Assembly (NCBI GenBank): GCA_963727625.1
Contig: CAVSHR010000009.1
Location: forward strand, 449,140-513,139
Reading direction: 5' to 3'
DNA: 64,000 nucleotides
Source of the DNA: an uncultured delta proteobacterium
GTDB taxonomy: Bacteria > Desulfobacterota > Binatia > UBA9968
How positions within the stretch are numbered: position 1 is the first letter of the stretch; each line of letters starts with the position of its first letter. The notes beneath the pieces were generated by a model, which did not search any database, had not been told where the DNA came from, and was given only the letters and a program-made list of their open reading frames with translations. Below, piece by piece: positions 29,867 through 40,024 of this stretch. A program made the translations under genes and the position numbers.

Positions 29867-31093
29867 ATGCAGCACCTGGCACGATTTGCTTGGTTCTTGC
29901 TTGCAGCGATCGTAACGCTTGCTCTGCCTTTTACGGCCAACGCGCAGCAGCCGGTCGCAAGTTTTTATTACGATGAGGGCGGCAACGTGATTCGTCAAGC
30001 GCAAGACAGCAACCGCGACGGCAAAATGGACCGCTGGGTCTACTATGATTCCCAGGGCCAAACCGAACGGGTCGAACAGGACGTCAATTTTGACGGCCAG
30101 CCGGATACCACAATCTACTACGAATCGGGCAAACCGGTGCGTCAGGAGAACGCCAGCAAGAACGACGGCCGCGTCGATACCTGGCTTTACCTCAATGCGG
30201 AGGGCGAGATCGAACGCAAGGGCCAAGATCCGGAGTACACCGGTAAACCGACCCTGTGGATCTACTATAAAAACGGCCAGGTCGTGCGCAGCGAAGAGAG
30301 CGGCAATGCGACGGGCCTGTCGAAGCGAAAAGTATTTTATAAGGACGGCAAGATCAGCCGGGTCGATGAAGACACCAACGGCGACGGCGCGCCCGATAGT
30401 TTTTCCTACTATGAAAACGGCCAGCTGGTCCGAAAAGACCTGGATCGAAAACATCGCGGCAAGATCGATTTATGGGGTTACTACCAGGATGGTCGGCTGA
30501 TCAGACAAGAAGAGGATCTGCACGGCGACGGTAAAGTTAGCCGAATCGTTTATTTTCGTGGCGATGAAGTCGTGCGCCGCGATGAGGACACCGCGCGGCG
30601 CGGCCGCATGGATATGATCGAATTGTTTTCCCAAGGCCGGCTGACCCAGCGCTTTCGCGATACCAAGGGAAGCGGTAAATGGGACATGGTTTCCTTTTAT
30701 CAGGACAATCAGCTTGTTCGCGAAGAGCGCGATACCAGCGGCGATGGCGTTTTTGACCTGCGGGTACTCTACGACAAAGGCGAGATCAGCGCCCAGGAAG
30801 CCGATACCAACGGCGACCGGCGCGTCGATGTCTGGGTGAGTTTCCAGAACGGCGAGCGCGTCGAGCAGCTGGAGGATCAGAAATTTTCTGGCAAAGTTAC
30901 CGCGAGATATCTGTTCAAAGACGGTCAGGTGGTCAACCAGGAGCAACTGGAGAACGCCGAGCCACCGCGCCTTTCCCAGCCCTTCGTCTTGGTCGAAGAG
31001 GCACTGCGAGGCCTCGATATTGGAAGCACTTCGGCGGCAGGTGAAAAGCGTCCGGCAACCTCCCTATCAGGGTTGGAGTCGGGCACGGAATGA
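29867..31093 (+). CDS. Exported protein with about 13 tandem 24-25 aa repeats (DxxGDGxxDxxxYY.xG)
   Basis: Sec-type signal MQHLARFAWFLL...ANA; repeats such as DSNRDGKMDRWVYY, DTNGDGAPDSFSYY, DTSGDGVFDLRVLY. Confidence 0.8.
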   Translation: MQHLARFAWFLLAAIVTLALPFTANAQQPVASFYYDEGGNVIRQAQDSNRDGKMDRWVYYDSQGQTERVEQDVNFDGQPDTTIYYESGKPVRQENASKNDGRVDTWLYLNAEGEIERKGQDPEYTGKPTLWIYYKNGQVVRSEESGNATGLSKRKVFYKDGKISRVDEDTNGDGAPDSFSYYENGQLVRKDLDRKHRGKIDLWGYYQDGRLIRQEEDLHGDGKVSRIVYFRGDEVVRRDEDTARRGRMDMIELFSQGRLTQRFRDTKGSGKWDMVSFYQDNQLVREERDTSGDGVFDLRVLYDKGEISAQEADTNGDRRVDVWVSFQNGERVEQLEDQKFSGKVTARYLFKDGQVVNQEQLENAEPPRLSQPFVLVEEALRGLDIGSTSAAGEKRPATSLSGLESGTE

Positions 31094-31120
31094 AGTAAGA
31101 TCTTCGCTCTGGGTTAGCGA

Positions 31121-32269
31121 ATGATGAAAACGCGATTCGGTTTATTCCTGCTGCTCTATATGGTCGCAATTTACGCCTGCGATCCGGTGCCGGTGCAGTA
31201 CCCGCCTGGCACGGCCCAGTATCCATCTGCAAATTCTAATGCAAGTCAGCCCACGTCAGTTCCGCAGCCGCCCGAAGTCACCGGTTCGCAACGCTGGCAA
31301 CATGCTTGGGGTAAAGCGATGGAAGGCGTCGCCATGGGCGGCTCGATCGGCGGCCCCTACGGCGCAGGCGGTGGCCTGATCATAGGGCTGATCACCGGTT
31401 TGGTCACGGCGGACTCCTATTACGGCAAAATTAATAACCAAATTCATTCTGAACAACAGAAAGACCAGAAACTCGAAGCGGCCATCGAGCAAGAGTTGGC
31501 GCGCCAGCGCGGATTGGAAAATCAGATCGCCAATGCCTCGGCGCCAGCCGCAGCTGCCGACGCGAAAGCGCCGCCGGAGGCAGCAAACAATCCAGCACAA
31601 GCATCGTCAGTCGGAGCGCCGCCGCCAGCGACGCAGAGTAACCAAGCCAATGTCACTCTCGCCTCGCTGCCCAAACCGTCGACGCCGCAACCAGCGCCCA
31701 GGCCGTTTAAGAATGTTGAGATCAGAGACGTGAACGGCGATGGCGTGCCGGATCTATGGATTTATTATAACCCGCAGAAGCCCGATGAGATCATCCGCCA
31801 AGAAGAGTCGACCAAGGGCGACGGCCAGGTGGATACCTGGAGCTATTTTAAGGACGGCAAAATGGTGCGCCGCGAAGTTGACAATAAGCAACTGGGGCGA
31901 CCCGACATCGTTTATTTTTACGAAAACGAAAAGCTCGTTCGTGAGGAGCGGGATGAAACCGGACTGGGCAGCGTGACCTATCGAGCCCTGTATCAAGATG
32001 GCCGGATTGCGAAAGTCGAAAAAGACTCCACCGGAGCCGGTCGACCGGATCTCTGGATTTATTACGACAAGAGCGGCGAAGGCGAGGTCGTCCTCAAGGA
32101 AGAACGGGACCTCAACGGCGATGGCGTTCCCGACCTCTGGTCATACTACGAAAACGGCCGCCTGGTGCGCCGCGACGTGAACGCCGTGGGGCTCGAAATC
32201 CTTTCGAAAAAAGACCAGCTACCCGCGCCTTCCACTGAGTTGAGCCAAGTTAAAATTCCAGGCAGTTGA
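31121..32269 (+). CDS. Putative lipoprotein: glycine zipper, coiled coil, Pro/Ala linker and 6 DxxGDG repeats
   Basis: Signal ending IYAC; GVAMGGSIGGPYGAGGGLIIGLITG; DVNGDGVPDLWIYY...DLNGDGVPDLWSYY. Confidence 0.8.
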   Translation: MMKTRFGLFLLLYMVAIYACDPVPVQYPPGTAQYPSANSNASQPTSVPQPPEVTGSQRWQHAWGKAMEGVAMGGSIGGPYGAGGGLIIGLITGLVTADSYYGKINNQIHSEQQKDQKLEAAIEQELARQRGLENQIANASAPAAAADAKAPPEAANNPAQASSVGAPPPATQSNQANVTLASLPKPSTPQPAPRPFKNVEIRDVNGDGVPDLWIYYNPQKPDEIIRQEESTKGDGQVDTWSYFKDGKMVRREVDNKQLGRPDIVYFYENEKLVREERDETGLGSVTYRALYQDGRIAKVEKDSTGAGRPDLWIYYDKSGEGEVVLKEERDLNGDGVPDLWSYYENGRLVRRDVNAVGLEILSKKDQLPAPSTELSQVKIPGS

Positions 32270-32270
32270 C

Positions 32271-33296
32271 ATGGCCCAGCAAAGCTCCTTCGATTGGGGC
32301 GACTCCGGAATCCTCTCCCTTTTCCGCAGCCCCTTTCTGATTCCATCGTTAATTTTTCACACTCTGTTTTTCTTGCTCGCCTGGCGTGCGGTCACCTTCA
32401 CGGTCGTCAAAACCGACGAGGCGCCGATTTCGGTCCAACTGTTGGAAGTCAGAAGCGGCAGTTCCCCCAACAAAAGCATCGGCCCAGGCAAGGGTCCGGG
32501 CGGGCCGCGAACCATGCCGAAACTCGGCACGCCGGTAGCCCCGACGCAGCGCAGGGGTAAACTAGACAGCGGTTCGATCGAGACTTTGGTCCCAAGCAAC
32601 AAGCCGGTGGAAACCGCGCCACCCCCAAAGCCGGTTGCTTTACCGGGACCGAAAGTGTTGGCGGCAGACACGCGCAATGATTGGGTGAACCCGAAGGAGA
32701 CTTCCGCCGACTCATTGGTGCGGCTACCGACCAGAGAAGCGCCGACTCACCTTCCAGGCAACAGCACCGCTGACCGGCAAGCCAACCAACGGAGTATCGC
32801 CGCGCTCAAGGGCCCTGGCGACACTGCGGGAATCAAGGCGCTCAAAGAAGGCACGCAAGTCCCCGGCGCGCTCAAAGGCAGCGGATCGGGAACCGGTCCA
32901 TACGGGGTCCCCGGCGGCAGCAAGAGCGGCACGGGATTAACCGGCGGCGGCACCGGCAGCGGCACCGGCGGCGGCAGCCTCACCGGCTTACGCGGCTTGT
33001 CCGGCGCCGATTACAATCAGTATTTGAATCAACTTAAAAAACGCGTGCAATCCGTGTGGAAATATCCCGACGGGGTTTCCGGCGTTCAAAAGGTGGCGAT
33101 TCTTTTCACCCTCGACCGCGCCGGCAGATTAGTGAAGTCCGAAGTATTGGAATCGACGGATGCCCGATTGAACGCCAGCGCCGTCGAGGCGATGACGCGC
33201 GCCGCGCCGTTTCCACCGATCCCCGAAACTTTGAAAGACCTCGCCAACACGCCCTTGCGCATGCAGTTCACGGTTACGATCGGCGTGCGCGGCTAG
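32271..33296 (+). CDS. TonB/TolA-like energy transducer (TonB_C domain)
   Basis: N-terminal TM with SxxxH (SLIFH), Pro/Gly-rich linker, C-terminal YLNQLKKRVQSVWKYP...AAPFPPIP. Confidence 0.85.
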   Translation: MAQQSSFDWGDSGILSLFRSPFLIPSLIFHTLFFLLAWRAVTFTVVKTDEAPISVQLLEVRSGSSPNKSIGPGKGPGGPRTMPKLGTPVAPTQRRGKLDSGSIETLVPSNKPVETAPPPKPVALPGPKVLAADTRNDWVNPKETSADSLVRLPTREAPTHLPGNSTADRQANQRSIAALKGPGDTAGIKALKEGTQVPGALKGSGSGTGPYGVPGGSKSGTGLTGGGTGSGTGGGSLTGLRGLSGADYNQYLNQLKKRVQSVWKYPDGVSGVQKVAILFTLDRAGRLVKSEVLESTDARLNASAVEAMTRAAPFPPIPETLKDLANTPLRMQFTVTIGVRG

Positions 33297-33377
33297 GCAG
33301 GCGCTCCCGTCCGATCAGTTTCATTGCAATAATTTTTATTTAAGGTAATCATTTTCGGACATCGGGAAGGAATAATC

Positions 33378-34004
33378 ATGCAGCCGCAAGGCCTCGATTT
33401 TATCGACATCATTCACAAAGGCGCCATCGCTACCTATCCGTTGATTATTTTGTCGATTGTCAGTTTGACGGTGGTTTTCGAGCGGCTCTGGTCGCTGCGC
33501 AATATCGGCTCGATCACGCTCCGAGTCACCGAATCGATTCTCGATCCGATCAAGAAAGGACAGCGGGACTTGGCGATCGCGATCTGCAAACAAAATTCCC
33601 ATTGCCCGGCCGGGCGAATTTTTCTCAACGTCTTGGAACGCGATGTCGGCACACGCCCGGAATCCGCCACCAGCATCGCCACCGAAGCGATGTTTGAGGA
33701 AACTCAGAAGCTCAAAAAGCATCTCTGGATTCTCGGCACGGTGGCGAGCAGCGCGCCGTTCATCGGCTTGTTGGGCACGGTCGTCGGCATCATCAAATCC
33801 TTCGAAAGCATGGCGATTGCCGGCACCGGCGGTTTCGCCGTAGTCGCCGCGGGCATTTCCGAAGCCTTGGTGGCCACCGCGCTCGGGCTCGGTGTCGCCA
33901 TCATCGCGGTCATTTTTTACAACTACTTTCAATCCCGCATCTCCACGCTCAACGGCCTATTTCGCATTCAAGTCGGCAAGATCCTGCAGAATTTGACCGC
34001 CTGA
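33378..34004 (+). CDS. MotA/TolQ/ExbB proton channel protein
   Basis: LGTVASSAPFIGLLGTVVGII, GISEALVATALGLGVAI. Confidence 0.93.
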   Translation: MQPQGLDFIDIIHKGAIATYPLIILSIVSLTVVFERLWSLRNIGSITLRVTESILDPIKKGQRDLAIAICKQNSHCPAGRIFLNVLERDVGTRPESATSIATEAMFEETQKLKKHLWILGTVASSAPFIGLLGTVVGIIKSFESMAIAGTGGFAVVAAGISEALVATALGLGVAIIAVIFYNYFQSRISTLNGLFRIQVGKILQNLTA

Positions 34005-34013
34005 GGTAGTCCC

Positions 34014-34439
34014 ATGGCTATGACCCCGCTTGGTGGTAACGACGAGAATTCCGAGATCGTCGCCGAAATCAACATCACGCCGCTGACCGATATCTTTCTT
34101 GTGCTGTTGATTATTTTCATGATCACCAGCTCGGCGATGATCGAGTCGGGCGGGAAAGTGAATTTGCCCAAGGCCGTCGCCACCCAATCCGAATCGCGCG
34201 GCACGACGGTAACGCTGACGCCCAAGCACGAAATTTTCGTCAATCAAAAACGCGTCCGTGAGGAAAACTTTGAGAAGACGCTGCAGCAAGCTTTGAGCAC
34301 AAGCGCCGACAAGACCGTGATCCTGCGCGGCGACAAGGACGTACTGCTAGGGGACACGGTCAAGGTGATGTCGATCATCAAGCGCGCCGGCGCTTCGGAA
34401 ATCGCCATCGCCGCCGAGGTAGAGCGAAAAGCCCGCTAG
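34014..34439 (+). CDS. ExbD/TolR family protein
   Basis: EINITPLTDIFLVLLIIFMI, VNLPKA, VILRGDK. Confidence 0.93.
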   Translation: MAMTPLGGNDENSEIVAEINITPLTDIFLVLLIIFMITSSAMIESGGKVNLPKAVATQSESRGTTVTLTPKHEIFVNQKRVREENFEKTLQQALSTSADKTVILRGDKDVLLGDTVKVMSIIKRAGASEIAIAAEVERKAR

Positions 34440-34606
34440 GCTTTGACCTCCGGAACGGATCGGCAAAGAGCCCATCGCGGAGGAGAAAGAGCATAGGGCA
34501 TAGAGCGGGGGTGAAGAACCGGGCGCTTGGGCGACCGACGACGCTGTTGCTCGATGCGCTTTACCCCGTGCGCTCTGCTCTTCGCGCCCTGCCCTTTGCG
34601 TTGTCC

Positions 34607-35869
34607 TCATCGCCCCGGTTCATCCGCGGGCGGCGGCAGTTGCGCCGGCCGGCCCAGGCCGTCTTGCCGATTGCGTTCGATTTCACGTTGGATTTCCGCG
34701 GAGCTTTTGCCCAGCCGCTCGACTTCCAATTGCAGCTTTTTTTCCTTCTCGAGAAAAACTTCCAGCTCCAGTGATTTCTTATTCCCCGATTGATAATAGA
34801 TCGTAATCGAATCGTGCGCGTTGGAACCGTCGCTGGCGCGCGCCAGGACATCGATTTGGTTTTGTCCCTCGACCACCGGGACAGCGGAGGAAAAGAAGCC
34901 GTCGGCCGCCAAGCGCAGATGGGTAGCCTTTTGACCGGTCGTTCGGTTGACGACCTCTACGTAGTCAACCCCGACCACGGAAATATTTTCGAGCACCGCG
35001 AGCACGTCCGCGGGCCGTATCACTGGTGTGTAGGTGCCGCCGCTCTCCCGGGCGATACCGAGCGCCGCGCGCGGATAGGAGAGAGCCTCTTCGCCCAGTG
35101 CAAAAACATGGACCTTGATGCCGGCCTTGCCGGCTAAACGGGCGGCGTTGATCGCTAGGTCGGTGTCTTGAGGCGTGGATCTCTTGCCGCCGCCGATCGG
35201 CAACGAGGGGAAACCGTCGGTCAGCAGGAACTGCACCTTGATAGCGTCGATGCGCTTTGCGCTGGTGCCCAGCCCAAACAACTCGATCGTCGCCATGCGG
35301 ATGCCTTCGACCATATTGGTTCCGCCGTAGGGACCGGCGCGAAGGATGTCGCTGAGCACGCGGCGCACCTGTTCGAAATCATGGGTCAGCGGCTGCAATA
35401 ATTTTGCGCCTTCGCTGAACGTCAAGACACCCACACGAGTGGTCTGGCCATTGAGTTGCAACAGTAAGCGGCGGGCGGCCGCCACCTCGGCGGCAAGAAT
35501 CGAATTTCGCGGATTGCGCAGCGGCGGCCCGCCGACGCTCATGCCGCCGATGATGATCTGCGGCGCGCTGAAACCGGATCGCTCCGGCGGCTGGTCGGCA
35601 TCGCCCAAGTCGGCGCCGGCGTACAGCGCCGTGCTGCCGGAAATATCGATCACTAAAAAGATATCGACATTGTCCGATCGGCCGGTCTCGCGCGCCACTT
35701 TGCCGCTGACGAATATGGCGTTTTGGTCCTGAGTGACGCGGCTGCCGTTTTGGGGCGAGAGGATTTGCACCTTCGGCTCCGCGCCCCAAATTAAACCGGG
35801 AACTATAGCGAGCAAGAGAAAAAGTCCGAAAACAAAAAACCCAAAGGGACGTTTGTGCATAGCGTTCAC
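34607..35869 (-). CDS. Secreted von Willebrand factor A domain protein with flanking Ig-like segments
   Basis: Signal peptide; MIDAS residues DISGS, GGTN, LTDG; C-terminal coiled coil. Confidence 0.85.
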   Translation of the reverse strand: MNAMHKRPFGFFVFGLFLLLAIVPGLIWGAEPKVQILSPQNGSRVTQDQNAIFVSGKVARETGRSDNVDIFLVIDISGSTALYAGADLGDADQPPERSGFSAPQIIIGGMSVGGPPLRNPRNSILAAEVAAARRLLLQLNGQTTRVGVLTFSEGAKLLQPLTHDFEQVRRVLSDILRAGPYGGTNMVEGIRMATIELFGLGTSAKRIDAIKVQFLLTDGFPSLPIGGGKRSTPQDTDLAINAARLAGKAGIKVHVFALGEEALSYPRAALGIARESGGTYTPVIRPADVLAVLENISVVGVDYVEVVNRTTGQKATHLRLAADGFFSSAVPVVEGQNQIDVLARASDGSNAHDSITIYYQSGNKKSLELEVFLEKEKKLQLEVERLGKSSAEIQREIERNRQDGLGRPAQLPPPADEPGR

Positions 35870-35978
35870 CCCTCTGACGGGAAAAAGCTAGCATGATTGA
35901 ATCGACCGTAAAAGAGACCCTCGAAGTTCGCCAGATCAAACTTACCGCCCGACTACCTTCCGTGATATACTAACGACC

Positions 35979-36741
35979 ATGCGCAAGATGATCTTTGTCC
36001 TGGCGTCCCTTTGCCTGCTTGCCTGGCTGAGCCCGGCTGAGGCGCAGTATGTCTTGGTTTTAAAAAACGGCCGGCAAATCAGCGCGCAAAGCTACCGCGA
36101 AGAAGGGCCGATGGTAAAATTTTTTAGTCTCGGCGGCGAGATGTCCATCAGCAAAGACCAAGTGCAAACCATTCGCCACGCCGATGAGAGTGACCGGGGT
36201 GGCGCAACTAATTTTGCTGTCGATCAACTTCGTCCAACAACCACAGCGCAAACACGAGAGGCCGTAGTAAAGCCAGAGAAAATCAAAATCTGCCGATCGC
36301 ATCTTCTCCGAGCCCGCCGAGCAAAATCGCTTGACAGAGGAACGTGAGTATCGAGAGAAATTGAAAAAAGATAGAGGAGGATTTGAAAGCTAGCAGCAGG
36401 AAGAATATTCCACAGTGGCTCGGCGGTACGGACCCGCCGGAAAAAAGTAAGCTGAATGAATGCACTCAAAGGTTGGACAAGTGATTTAACGTCGAAATCA
36501 TGACCACAGACAGGCCCAGGTGGAGGAAATGTCGCACCACCATCTCTTCCTACACCCCACAGGCACACAAGAGTTAAAGGAACTCAGCAACTGGAACAAA
36601 TCGATGACCTTGAACAGGAAAAAGTTAAGCTTGATTGGTGAAATGAAGGGAAAGAACCTTACCGTCGAGCCTGCTAGTACAGCGATAATAACCGCTCACT
36701 TTAAATTAGACCTATGGCCGCGCGAAGACCCAAGCAGATAA
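35979..36741 (+). CDS. Hypothetical exported protein, apparently frameshifted several times
   Basis: Signal peptide, then [20 protein letters not shown]; downstream fragments in other frames. Confidence 0.45.
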
Positions 36742-37141
36742 CTGTCCACACCGAACCCGGCAATCTGCCCCACCGCCACTTCGGCGATGAAGGAATGATG
36801 GCGGAAAGTTTCCCGTTTATGAATGTTTGAAATGTGAATCTCCACGGTGGGGATGCCACCGCCGCGAAATCGCATCGCGCATCGCCAAGCTGGTGTGCGT
36901 GTACGCCGCCGGATTGATTACGATGGCGGCGAATTTACCGGCGGCTTGCTGAATCCAGGTCACCAGTTCGCCTTCCGAGTTGGATTGGCGAAAATCGAGG
37001 TCGACGCCAAGCTCTTTGGCCAAGGCAGCGGACTTGTTTTTCGATCTCGCCAAGAGTCATCCTGCCATAAATTTCCGGTTGGCGCTTGCCCAAAAGATTG
37101 AGATTGGGTCCGTTGAGCACCAGGATTTTTTTCTTCGCCAT
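36701..37141 (-). CDS. aroQ: Type II 3-dehydroquinate dehydratase, frameshifted in this sequence
   Basis: [21 protein letters not shown] / QSNSEGELV...[10 protein letters not shown] / [16 protein letters not shown] spread over three frames. Confidence 0.92.
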
Positions 37142-37185
37142 CTAGGATTCCTCGTTTTCGCTGACGATCCGAGCGCTGAGATCCT

Positions 37186-38262
37186 TCACCCGCCAAGCGC
37201 TTGTAGGATCTCCTCCGGCGCGATCCAGTGGAAGCGGGTCTTACCGATGCCTTCGCACATGATGAACTTAACTTTGCCTCCGGCGACTTTCTTGTCGATC
37301 TCCATGGCTTGGATCAAACTCTGCGTCGAAACCTGCGGCGGCATTTCCGCGGGCAACCCGGCGCGCCGCACCAACGCAGTCACACGCTCAAGAGTTTGCG
37401 AGTCGCACAGTCCCTGACGCACCGAGAGCTCTGCGGCCTTGACCATGCCGACGCCGACGGCTTCGCCATGGAGAAATTGGCGGTAGCCGGTGGCGGCCTC
37501 TAAAGCATGACCGATGGTGTGGCCGAAGTTGAGCACCGCGCGGTAATCCTCCTCGCGCTCGTCGGCTTCGACGACCCGAGCCTTGATGGCGCAGGAAGCG
37601 GCGATAATGTTCGCCAGCAGGGCACGATCCAACCCGACGATCTGTTCCAGCCGTTGTTCGAGGAGCTGGAACAGATTCGGGTCTTCGATAATTCCGTATT
37701 TAATGATCTCCGCGAGACCGGCGGCCAGCTCTCGGCGCGGCAAAGTGTTGAGAACGGCAGCGTCGACAAGCACCAGCCTCGGCTGGTAGAAGGCACCGAT
37801 CAGGTTTTTTCCGCCCTCGTGATTGACCCCGGTCTTGCCGCCGACGCTGGAGTCCACTTGCGCCAGGAGCGTAGTCGGTACTTGAACATAAGGAACACCG
37901 CGCAGGTACGTAGCCGCGGCGAAGCCGGCAAGATCGCCGATCACGCCGCCGCCCAGCGCGAGCACGCTGGACTTTCTCTCGAAGCGCTCAGCAATCAACC
38001 GATCGTAGATGGTCCCGAGCGATTTGAGATTCTTGTGCTCTTCGCCGTCCGGCACGAGCACGGGCGTGATTTCGAATCCGGCGTGAGCAAGCGCGTCGTG
38101 AACCGGGTCGAGGTAAAGTTGCGCCACGGTGGGATTGGTAATGAGAGCAACTTTACCGTGCAATCCGGCCTGCTGTAACAATTCACCGGCGCGTTCCAAA
38201 ATTCCCGCGCCGACGTGGATCGGATAAGAGCGCTCGCCGAGGTGAACGGTTAGACTTTGCAT
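37186..38262 (-). CDS. aroB: 3-dehydroquinate synthase
   Basis: LGGGVIGDLAGFAAATYLRG, DSSVGGKTG, LNFGHTIGHA. Confidence 0.97.
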   Translation of the reverse strand: MQSLTVHLGERSYPIHVGAGILERAGELLQQAGLHGKVALITNPTVAQLYLDPVHDALAHAGFEITPVLVPDGEEHKNLKSLGTIYDRLIAERFERKSSVLALGGGVIGDLAGFAAATYLRGVPYVQVPTTLLAQVDSSVGGKTGVNHEGGKNLIGAFYQPRLVLVDAAVLNTLPRRELAAGLAEIIKYGIIEDPNLFQLLEQRLEQIVGLDRALLANIIAASCAIKARVVEADEREEDYRAVLNFGHTIGHALEAATGYRQFLHGEAVGVGMVKAAELSVRQGLCDSQTLERVTALVRRAGLPAEMPPQVSTQSLIQAMEIDKKVAGGKVKFIMCEGIGKTRFHWIAPEEILQALGG

Positions 38263-38266
38263 GCCT

Positions 38267-38791
38267 TTAGTTTTCCGTGTTAACGGTCTGCACTATTTTT
38301 TCCACCACTTGATCGATGCCTAGCTCGCTGGTATCGAAGGTCACATGGGCCTGAGCATAGCGGCCCTGGCGCTGTTTGAGCAACTCCTCCACCCGATCGC
38401 GCAGGTCACCGCCCTTGAGCAGCGGCCGTTTGGAATTTTTTCCGACCCGGCTAAGCAGTGCTTCAGTGGACCCGGTCAGTCCGACCAGCAAGGTTTGCTC
38501 GCGCAGCAGGGTTAAATTTTCGTCGTCCATGACAATGCCGCCGCCGGTGGCGATCACTTGGCCTGGCTGGTCCAAGACCTCCTTGAGCACTCGCTTTTCC
38601 GCCTGGCGAAAGTAGGGCTCGCCCTTTTGCGCGAAAATCTCCCGCACCTTCATTCCTTCGGCTTTCTCGATGAGACGGTCGAGATCGATGAAACGTCGGC
38701 GCAGCTTCTTCGCCAGGTTTCGACCCACGGCGCTCTTGCCCACCGCCATGAAACCGATGAGAGCGATATTTTGGTTCGGCGATTTGGGCAA
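38267..38791 (-). CDS. aroK: Shikimate kinase
   Basis: IALIGFMAVGKSAVG, GEPYFRQAE, VIATGGG, RPLL. Confidence 0.93.
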   Translation of the reverse strand: MPKSPNQNIALIGFMAVGKSAVGRNLAKKLRRRFIDLDRLIEKAEGMKVREIFAQKGEPYFRQAEKRVLKEVLDQPGQVIATGGGIVMDDENLTLLREQTLLVGLTGSTEALLSRVGKNSKRPLLKGGDLRDRVEELLKQRQGRYAQAHVTFDTSELGIDQVVEKIVQTVNTEN

Positions 38792-38795
38792 AGCG

Positions 38796-39991
38796 CTAGT
38801 AGTTCTTGATCTGTTCCAGATAGTTTTCGTAATTGCGCCGGATCTCCCGGAGAGAATCCCCGCCGAACTTTTCAAGAAACGCTTTCGCGACCTCGAAGGC
38901 AACCACCGACTCCCCGACCACCGCAGCGGCCGGCGCGGCGCAAACGTCGGAACGCTCCACCGAGGCGTCGGTGGGCTGTTTCGAGCGCAGGTCAACCGAC
39001 TGCAGCGGGCTCATGAGCGTTGAAATCGGCTTCATGGCGACCCGAACGACCAGGGGTGAGCCGTTGCTCATGCCGCCTTCAGTGCCGCCGGAATTGTTGC
39101 TGCCGCGGTAAAATCCGGTCGGTACGATGCGTGGCGTACCCTCGGTAACATCTTTACTCGGATCGAAGAAAATTTCATCGTGCACTTGCGATCCGCGCCG
39201 CCGCGCCATCTCAAAACCCAGTCCGATTTCGACGCCCTTCATGGCTTGAATGCTCATCAACGCCTGGGCCAAGCGGCCGTCGAGCTTGCGGTCCCATTGG
39301 GTATGAGAACCCAAACCGGGCGGCAAGCCGAGTGCGACCACCTCGAAAATGCCCCCGAGAGTATTCCCTTCTTTCTTGCATGCTTCGATTAGGGCGATCA
39401 TTTGCTCTTCGGCCTGGCTGTCCGCCGTGCGCACCGCTGACTCTTCCGAGCGGGCGTAAATCTCGTCGAACGAGAGCTCTTGCAGATTCGCCGCCACGTT
39501 GCCGATGGAGCGAATGTAACCCATGACGCGAATGCCAAAGGGCGCGAGCAACTGCTTGGCGAAGGAACCCACCGCGGTGCGCGCCACGGTTTCGCGCGCG
39601 CTCGCTCGTTCGAGAATATCCCGGACGTCGGCGCGGTCGTATTTGAGCACGCCGTTCAAGTCGGCGTGGCCCGGCCGGGGTTTGGTAACCGCGATCTTGT
39701 CGTCGCGGTCCTCGGGCAGGGCGGACATTTTTTTTGTCCAGTTTTTCCAATCGCGGTTCTCGATGCCAAAGCCACCGGGGAACCCATGGTCTCGCCCCAG
39801 CGAATGCCGGAGCGAACCTGCGCCTCATCTTTTTCGATCAGCATCCGGCCGCCGCGGCCGTACCCCTGCTGGCGGCGCCAAAGGTCGTGATTGATTTTGT
39901 CGATATCGACGGGAAACCCGGCCGGAACCCCGTCGACGATCATCGTCAAACAGGGACCGTGGGATTCTCCCGCCGTGAAGTAACGCAACAT
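38796..39991 (-). CDS. aroC: Chorismate synthase, frameshifted near 39730-39780
   Basis: [53 protein letters not shown]. Confidence 0.95.
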
Positions 39992-40024
39992 ATGCAATAC
40001 CCTACCGTATTAACTTTTGGCAGG

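Noticed and set aside
29867-32269. Repeat proteins as Tat substrates or as RHS/YD toxins
   Set aside because: Neither has a twin-arginine motif, an RHS core signature, or a C-terminal toxin and immunity gene.
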